NCBI RefSeq assembly: GCF_009914755.1
Contig: NC_060942.1
Reading direction: 5' to 3' (one strand)
Origin: the human T2T-CHM13v2.0 reference genome, Homo sapiens
Length of the DNA stretch: 64,000 nt
Both the position numbers and the translations under genes were made by a program. Positions 55,583-64,000 of this stretch are shown piece after piece; within the stretch, counting starts at the first letter, position 1, and the number at the start of each line of letters is the position of its first letter. The notes beneath the pieces were generated by a model. It did no database searches, had not been told where the DNA came from, and worked only from the letters and a program-made list of their open reading frames with translations.

Positions 55583-58049
55583 AATGGAAATTTTTCATAA
55601 TAAAAAAACGTAAAGATAAATAAAGAGTAGTGTCAGAAGGAATAGGAAAAAATCGAGGCAGAAGAATTCAGAACATGATACTACCTTTGTTGGGGGTGGG
55701 TGGCGCAGGGGGAAAGCTGTCCAGTTACTGGTTATTTCACAACTTTGTAATTAGTGCATTTTATAAAATTTAGCTAGAAGTAGAAGAGCTGATTCATCGT
55801 AAGAATGATCATTGATCGGTGACCTTTCATCATTTCCTCCAACTGAGCTCCAACAGTAACATATTTTTAAAAAGGGATTTTCCAATATTTGTGACAGAAA
55901 GGTAATGATCAAGCTAAAATCTGGAGAGAATAATCACTTCTGAATGTAATGGAAAGTTCATGTCCCTGAAACTTTCCTTTGGCCTTTATCAAGCAATTGT
56001 TACCCCCATCAATATCCTGTCACTGTTAATTAGAAACTGTTTGTGCCACAGCTGATTTGTCACTCTGCAAAACTCCTATGGAGAGATGCAGGGCAGTCAA
56101 TGCCATGGCTCAAAAGAGAACAAAAGTCCGTTTTCAAAGGAGCCAAACACACTAAGTGGTGACCCAAGCTCTGCTCCTTCCATTATTGCTGTTAAGCCGG
56201 AAGCTAATTAAAAATCTCTGCTGGCACAAATGTGTGTTTGGTGTTCTAAAATATGTCATCTCTAAAAGACCGACTGATCGAAACTGCCGAAACAAGCTTT
56301 TGACTCTATTCTGTCTTCATGTGTTCATTGATTCTGACCTTAAAAATTCCAAAGTTCTTTCCTTACTAGACCCAAATACTGTTTAAGAAATTTACTATTT
56401 GCCTGGAAACGTTTCTGATCATATGGACAAAGCCACGAATGTGATTATTTCGAGTTTCATTAATGACTAAAGAAAAATGGAAATAATCACCATGACTCAT
56501 TCGGATATCTAATTATCTATTTTTAAATCCCATTTTTGTGGAGTCTCAGCAGAAAACTCTTTAATAGTTTTATCTTTTGAGGACGAACTGGACAGCCATA
56601 AATGAAGTGATGATGACCAGATATTTTACAGTTTGATTTAATTATATATGATGGTGGCAGAGATGGGGAAGTTAACAAAATATATATTAAAATACAAAGT
56701 TACTTTAAAAAGTACAACACTGATATAAAAATCACAAATATGTGGCAAGTAAATTATAAGAAGTAATTTAATGAATTAATTGCCATTTCCATATTTTTTC
56801 TTGCAATGGCGTGGTCAATTCTGAGGCAAACATACAAGAATTATGTTAGCTCATACAGTGTAAACTTGTATAGTTCACAACTTGTATAGATCACAAGTGA
56901 AAACCGATATAGTTTATTGCAGCAGCAATAAAACAATTATAGTAGGTAATTATATTTGGAGATCGCTAGTATTACATAGGACACCCCTGCTCCATATAAA
57001 GTTGCTTTAAAAACTTGTTAGTGTAGCTCCCATGGAGGGCTACGTGAGCAATTTGACAACACAGGAGTGGGGAAGCAGTGTCTGAGGGCATTTGGAAGAC
57101 GGTAAGTGAGTTCTAATTATAGAATGACAAGAAAATGACTCTGCAGGCTAATTTTAAAGATGCATATGACTAATATGTAGGAGCTTGGGAAAAAATCAGG
57201 CTCTACCTTTCTATCTTATTTGCAAGAAATAAGAAGTAAATGAGGGAGGCAACAAAACCATATTCATACTGATTAAACTTATGTGAGGATTAGAAATGCC
57301 TCTTCCTGAAAGAACTAAGCCCCAGTAAGTGCTGTGTTGCAAAAGGGAGCTGGGAGAATTTGTCTGTGTGTACATGGAGGGTACACCACTCTGCAGTGGA
57401 GTTGTGGAAGCGCACATTACACTTTCCCACAAGGCTGGGGACCACGAGGCAACAGGCCATGGTGGGCTTCTCACGTTGTGAATAGTTTCTATCGTATTAT
57501 CTCTAAGGTTATTTCATGTGAAGAGAAGAGGAACCGAATTAAACAATTAGGACGTAATTGTTTTGATTGATAAAAATTATTGCATATAAACGCCGCTGTT
57601 TTTATCTTGTGTAGCTAAAGCCAATATCCTGTGTTCTGCTTCATAGTCGAGACCTCAGAAATAGTAATGAGATGACTGAACACACAGCACCATTGTACTA
57701 GATGAGACGTAAGTGTATGCCATCCTCATCACCTATGCTTGTCACTGTTTGCAAATTTCCCATAATGTCTCTTCATCTGTCCTTCCTCTATGGGGGGGTT
57801 GCCTTACTATTAGCTTTTTCAGTATCATAATTGGATTTTTGGACAGGTTAACTTTATTAGGTTGTATTTCTGATGTTGAACTTTAGCTTTCAAACTTTCT
57901 TCAAGAAATACAGAAGTTACTAGAAAATCTGTGTAAATTTGTAAATTATTGGGTATTTTTATCCATATATGTTTTTATTGGTGACTGTGCTTATTATTTT
58001 ATTAAGAAAATAAATGCAGTCAGAAGAGAATTTCCACTGTTTCTCATCA

Positions 58050-58830
58050 TCACATTTATCCACCCGCCAGCAGTGGTACCATGCTCTTTGCCTTCCATCC
58101 TTTAACCGTGGCTGTACTCTCTCTGCTTCTATCTCTGCCACTGCACCCTGGTCTGATTCCCTTCACCCCGGAACAACAGTCCAGCAACTCCCTTTCTCTC
58201 TTACAACTCTTTGCTGGCTTCTCACCTCCTTCAGAGTAAAGGTGATATCTATACAGTGGCATTTTAGGCCCTATATCACAAGCCTGCCCCGATATTCTGT
58301 GACCTCATCCCTTAATACTCAACCCCTTCTTTGCTGTGCTCTAGGGACACCACCTCCCTGACCCCAGGCCTGCACCGTTTCAGGATGCGTGCATTTGCAG
58401 CGCCCCCTGTCGGGACTGATTGCCTCCTGGATAGCTCCACAGCTTTCTCTGCCATCTTCGCCAGTCTGCTCAAATGTCACTTTCTCTCACTGTGGCCTAC
58501 TTCATTTCCTCCTATTGAAAATTGGCACTTCCTCCTACTACATAAAACTTTGGGTTCTCCCCTTTCCCCTTGCATGTTCAATATTAACTGTGTAGATATT
58601 ATTATCATCTATTATGTTAGGCATTTCCCTTATTTTGTTTCTTGTGTTCCAACCTCCATCCCTCTATCCCTGGCACCCAGGTAGATACACTCCCTAGAGT
58701 ATGAGCCTCTGCTGGCAGGGGTCTGTCTGTTCTGTTCGTGGCTGTATCACCAGCGCCCGTGACAGCATCCAACACATGAAAGACACTCAATAAACATTGA
58801 GTAAATATCAATAAATGGATTCAGTGAATT
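58050..58830 (+). mobile_element. L2 3' portion
   Basis: ctgctcaaatgtcac, tctgttcgtggctgtatcaccagcgcc, cactcaataaacattg and tgaat-like tail. Confidence 0.8.
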
Positions 58831-58949
58831 ACACATTATAAAAGATATCTGCTTTCCCCAAATGTATATTTTGCATATGGTACACATTTTACGATTGTGT
58901 TGCACAGCTATAGATAACTCATAACTCATTTCTCCTCCATTTGTTCCTC

Positions 58950-59263
58950 TTCTTTTAAATTTTAAGGTCGGGGTACATGTGCAGGATGTACAGGTTTGTT
59001 ACACAGGTAAATAGGTGTCATGGAGGTTTGTTGTATAGATGATTTGATTTGTTGTACAGATTATTTCATCACCCGGGTATTAAGCCTAGTATCCATTAGT
59101 TATTTTTCTTGATCTTCTCCTTCCTCCCACCTTCCACCTCTGCTAGGCCGCAGCGTGTGTTGTTCCTCTCTATGGTCCATGTGTTCTCATCGTTTAACTC
59201 CCACTTAGAAGTGAGAACATACAGTATTAGGCTTTCTGTACCTGTGTTAGTTTGCTAAGGATA
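58950..59263 (-). mobile_element. Short old L1PA 3' end
   Basis: ggggtacatgtgcaggatgtacaggtttg...ttagtttgctaaggata. Confidence 0.88.
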
Positions 59264-59413
59264 TCCTGATTTGTCTTTAAAAGGCAGAATTCTAAACTCT
59301 TTAGGTAGAACAAAGGGAAAGACCTTCATATTTACTATATATTTGTTTTACATATTTATTATTTAGTATATATTTACAATTTACAAACATTGCATTTTCT
59401 TGAAATATTTCTT

Positions 59414-59533
59414 TTAATTTTTTAATTGTGCTAAGAAGGCTTAATATGAGATCTGCTCTCTCAGCTGGTTTTTGAGTGCACAATGCTGTATTGTTAACTA
59501 CAGGCACAATGTTGCACAGGTCTCTAGAACTTA
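59414..59533 (-). mobile_element. Short L1MA-like 3' end
   Basis: cacaatgctgtattgttaactacaggcacaatgttg...tctctagaactt; exact 14-bp TSD ttgaaatatttctt. Confidence 0.8.
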
Positions 59534-60054
59534 TTGAAATATTTCTTAAGCGTTTTAGACTTTTTAAATTCAAAGTACAAATTCCTGAAAAAGCAACCAC
59601 CATAAAAACACAACACAAATAAAAGAGACAAAGCAGCAGTTGAAGAGAGCTTAGTTAGTAATTCTGAGCAATTAATGAGCTGAATTAATGCTACTTTGTA
59701 CCCAAATTACTCCCTGCTAGCATCTTGGTGCTGAGGGAGGCACATCAACTTTCTCAAGCTGCCTTGGCTACTTTTTTCTACAATACAGTAGGAACGCTTC
59801 CAGAGAATAGCAGAGAGTAGAACTATTTATCTAAGCTACTCAGGTAAACTCAACCCAACCAGCTTTCCATGTGGCTCACGTCTTTCACCAGTGTGCTGGA
59901 GTTAATATAACCAAGATGCTGCTGCTACCCAAACACTCAAAAAAATGGCAGCAGCAATAAAACCAAATACAGTGATGGGCTCTTTCCTTTTCACCTGTAT
60001 AGTAGGTTTAGAAAATATATCTTTGATTTTAAGACATGAACAACTTCAGGTAAT

Positions 60055-60300
60055 ATAAGAGCAAACATTTCTGTGGTTGCTATCACATGTCAAGTATTGA
60101 CCTAAGGCTTTAAAATTTTGATTCCCCCAACAACCCAGTGTGTGTTTGCAGAGGGCTGCTATTATTCCCATTTTACAGAAGAAGCAAACAGGCACAGAGG
60201 GGTTAAGAGATTTGCTCTTACTCCTTCATCTATTAAGTGGAGGAGGTGAGATTTGAACTGGAGCATTCTGGCCCTGGCCCCCATGCTCTCATCCTCTACA
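60055..60300 (-). mobile_element. MIR
   Basis: attattcccattttacagaagaagcaaacaggcacagaggggttaag core. Confidence 0.8.
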
Positions 60301-61031
60301 GTACATTGCCTTTGAAGGGAAATTGCCTTCCTCTCTTTTCTCTGGCAGTGCCCTCTGCCTTTGTGCTATTCACACCTTCTGGTGAAGTATCCCTTTGAGC
60401 TTATCTCTCACAAATTGGGCCTGATGGTCTTGATCATTCTCTCTGCCCCATGTCTACATTTTTTACACTTGTCTTTTTATTTATGAATCTGGTTCTCAGC
60501 CATTACAAAAGAAAACACCAGCTAATGTGTTAGGAAATAATACTTATTCTCTTAACCCCAGGGAAGTAGGTATTTAACAGGAGCTTTCTCAGATGATGCC
60601 TTAATTCCAAGGAGAGGCTTTGATGATTAAATATTAAATTGTGAGAACAGGACATCTGTGTCTATGTAATTTCAATGTACATTTAAGTTGATATTTAGAA
60701 CACCCTGCCCTAAATAACAAGAATCAGCTTGCACAGTCCAATTAATTTTCTTAGTCACTTTTATTGTTTTGTGTCATCTTTGTTGTGGATATATAGTTTC
60801 AGTGGGCGTATCTTTTCAGATTACTCAATAATATGATTTTGATGATTGTGAATTTTGAAATCTTGGAGAAAACTTGTCAATGTTACTATTACATGACAAT
60901 GTATAACAAGATTCAATATGCTTGAAAAAAATGTTTGCTTTTCTTTTTTACTGAATTGGGAAATTTAGGAACTAAATTTAACCTTTTAGTTTGGTACCCT
61001 AAAATATACTGTACATATTGAAAGAAAAACA

Positions 61032-61421
<390 letters not shown>

Positions 61422-63014
61422 TCATTTTGCCATTGCAATAGGTAGAACTCCTGGGGGCAGCAAGAAACTACTAAGTTCTCAAATTTGAAAAAATACAAAA
61501 CTCTCTCTACTAGGCCACCAGGCAGGTACTCAATTACCTGGTGTGGTCTCTCTGTGGTGTTTTTTCTGTAGCTCTGCAATCTCCCAATGAGGTGGTTAAC
61601 ACAGAAAATTCAAAAAGAGGCACAGATCTTCATGCTAAAATTGTATTAATTTTCAATGGGTTTTTGGATAAAACTGCTCTCTACTTTAAGTGTGCTGTTA
61701 GGTGAATGTCAAAATAAATTAGAATTTTGATTCTATCAAGCACATGGATATAGTCACCCTCTTGCGACAATAAAGGAACATTTACAAACTGGAAATTGCT
61801 CTCCGTTGTTCTACCTGACCTTTTGAAGGCTCTGTTGTAATAATATGTTAAATTACAAAAACTGTGATCCTAAGTAAAAACTATAGATTTTCGCATGGAT
61901 TCATCTGAACTGTAATTGATTGTCTAACGTGGAAACCATGCTATGTGAATTATTTGGCACAGTGCTAATATTGGCTAATTTAGAATGTAATAATCAACAT
62001 GGATCCTTTCAACTGCACTTACGAACTTATCCACAGTAGGTAAGAATATAGGACTCCCCACAGGGCAGAAATCACCTGGTTCCTGGAAGATATATAGTCC
62101 AAGTTTTTAATTATATTCGGCTGGAGTTCTTTTTAATTTTATCTTAGTAAAAAGAAATGAATTTTAATGTGACAAAAATGATGCTTAAGTTGTAAAGGAA
62201 GCACATTAAACGGAGTTTATAATACTTCCCACTGCGATGAGTTTTAACATTTAAAATGAGAAAAAGGCAATTCTTTACATTCAAAATTTGATCAATCCAG
62301 ATGATAGCCAGAATAAAAATTAATTACCATCTTGATAGGATAAGCTTATCTTTCAGATATATACTACACTCACCTATTCATACAGACTTTGAAGTCTCCA
62401 GAATAATTTATTTTCTGGAGTCCTAGAAAAACAAGATGCAAACTTCCTGCCCCAAGTCATAGAAAGAGACTCATTACTTCCCCATGTCTTCCCCATAGAG
62501 CCAATATCGATGTTTCCTTTTCCAATAGCAGTGGCCAGAAAAAAAATGACCTACTCTCATAGTGATAGTTTATACATAGATAATTATAATATGCATCTTC
62601 AGAAACACACATGTATTTTATGTTTATGGCACATGAAGTATATTAATAACAGGAATTGGCTTGCTAACACATTTGAAAAAATAAACCATTTTTAAATAGC
62701 TCTTTGCTGAAGTATAATTGGGTTTTCATAAAAATGAGAAACTTTGCTTTTTAGTGTAAAAACAGTGTTTACCAGCATGAATATGGTCACTGCAAAGGGT
62801 ATAGACTAGAAAGGGTAACTTTTTATTGGAGCTTTACTATTGCCTTTGAAGCTTGTCACAAGGGGAGGTGGATTGGTGCTGACAAGTACTTACACATGGC
62901 CTGCTACTGATAGCAAGACTGTGAATTTGGGGGGTGTGGTTTCTCAGAAGCCACGGGGTTAGGGATAGTTTTAGAAAGTTCTGGTACAACTTTTCCCTCA
63001 TACTTTAGAATACT

Positions 63015-63188
63015 GAATTTAAAACTTCAGCATGCATTAGAATACTTGGAGGGCTGGTTAATATACGGACTACCGGACCCCAACCCCAGAGTTTCTGCTT
63101 CAGTTAGTCTAGGGTACAGTCTGAGAAATTATTTTTTCTAAGAAGTACCCATGTGATTTTGCCTGGGGACTTGACTTTGAGAGCCACT
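63015..63188. mobile_element. MER5-like hAT DNA transposon relic
   Basis: gcatgcattagaatacttggagggct...ccccagagtttctgcttcagt...ctttgagagccact. Confidence 0.7.
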
Positions 63189-63400
63189 TTTTTTTTTTTT
63201 TTTTTTTTTTTTTAAGTATCACTGGGTAAGTCCTATGCCTCAAACCTGAAGCATGGTACTCAGACCAGGAAGAGAAGTGGCTGCTCAGGAAAAGAGAATT
63301 ACTTTTAGTGCTTATGATTTGTTAATTCAGAAAAAGATCATGGCAATAGACAGACCAGCCAAACATGCATGTAGCCTATTTCTTTATCTAAATCCATGAG

Positions 63401-63798
63401 TGATATAGTTTGCATGTTGTCCCCTCTAAATCTCATGTAGAGGTGGGGCCTGGTGGGAGGTGATTTAATCATGGGGACGTATTTCTCATGAATGGTTTGG
63501 TGCCATCCTCTTGGTGCTGTCCTTTTGATAGTGAGTTCTCATGAGATCTGGCTGTTTAAGAGTGTAGCATCTTTCCCCTCTCTCTCTCGCTCCCACTCTT
63601 GCCATGTGAGATGTTGGTTTCCCCTTTGCCTTCTGCTATGATTGTAAGCTTCCTGAAGCCTCACCAGAAGCTGAGCAGATGCCCAGCACTATGCTTCCTG
63701 TACAGCCCACAGAAATATGAGCCAACTAAACCTCTTTTCTTTATAAATTACCCAGTCTTGGGTATTTCTTTATAACAAGGCAAAAAAAGACTAACAAA
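63401..63798 (+). mobile_element. MST (B-like) MaLR solo LTR
   Basis: tgatatagtttg...gactaacaaa; exact 5-bp TSD atgag. Confidence 0.9.
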
Positions 63799-63844
63799 AT
63801 GAGTGTAACTGCTTCTGTATGTATGCTCATATATTCATGGATGT

Positions 63845-64000
63845 CAACAATATGGCAGAATAGGAGATTACTACCAACATTCCCTGCAGAAGCATTGATT
63901 TTGATAACTACCCATAGATGAGAGTACTTTGTGGGAGTTCAGGAGACCAGTGGAAAAGTTTCAGCACACTGTTGAACCAAAAGGGTAGAAAGAACAATTT
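63845..64000 (+). mobile_element. Probable 5' end of an old L1M, cut by the window end
   Basis: aatatggcagaataggag resembles the L1 5' YY1 (aagatggc) start. Confidence 0.5.

Noticed and set aside
56655-56790. Possible ancient hAT-like terminal sequence (cagagatggggaagttaac...gttactttaaaaagta)
   Set aside because: No clear matching inverted terminus or TSD; needs a Dfam search

Overview
This is great-ape (most likely human) nuclear DNA, since it carries Alu, L1PA/L1PB and an SVA. It is AT-rich and intergenic or deep-intronic. I cannot support any host protein-coding exon, RNA gene or CRISPR-like array. The longer ORFs in the track are L1 ORF2 remnants or Alu/SVA/LTR-derived frames, and the rest are short chance ORFs. 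About half the window is transposon-derived: a dead full-length L1PB (~19.9-27.0 kb, minus), several truncated L1PA/L1MA/L1MB copies (two with twin-priming inversions), about 18 Alu-family copies, solo LTRs (LTR3, MER48/LTR21-like, THE1, MST, MLT1, MLT2, MLT2A), L2/MIR/MER5 relics and a ~1.5 kb SVA. I did not find a new multi-gene biological system. The most interesting signals are rearrangement footprints read directly from the sequence: (1) a 219-bp copy of nearby unique DNA pasted into the L1PB 5'UTR; (2) apparent gene conversion between two inverted Alus 42 bp apart; (3) an L1PA 3' transduction bracketed by a 17-bp TSD. There are also several repeat-free, CpG-retaining blocks that may be enhancers. 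Subfamily names come from recalled consensus sequences, not a RepeatMasker run.
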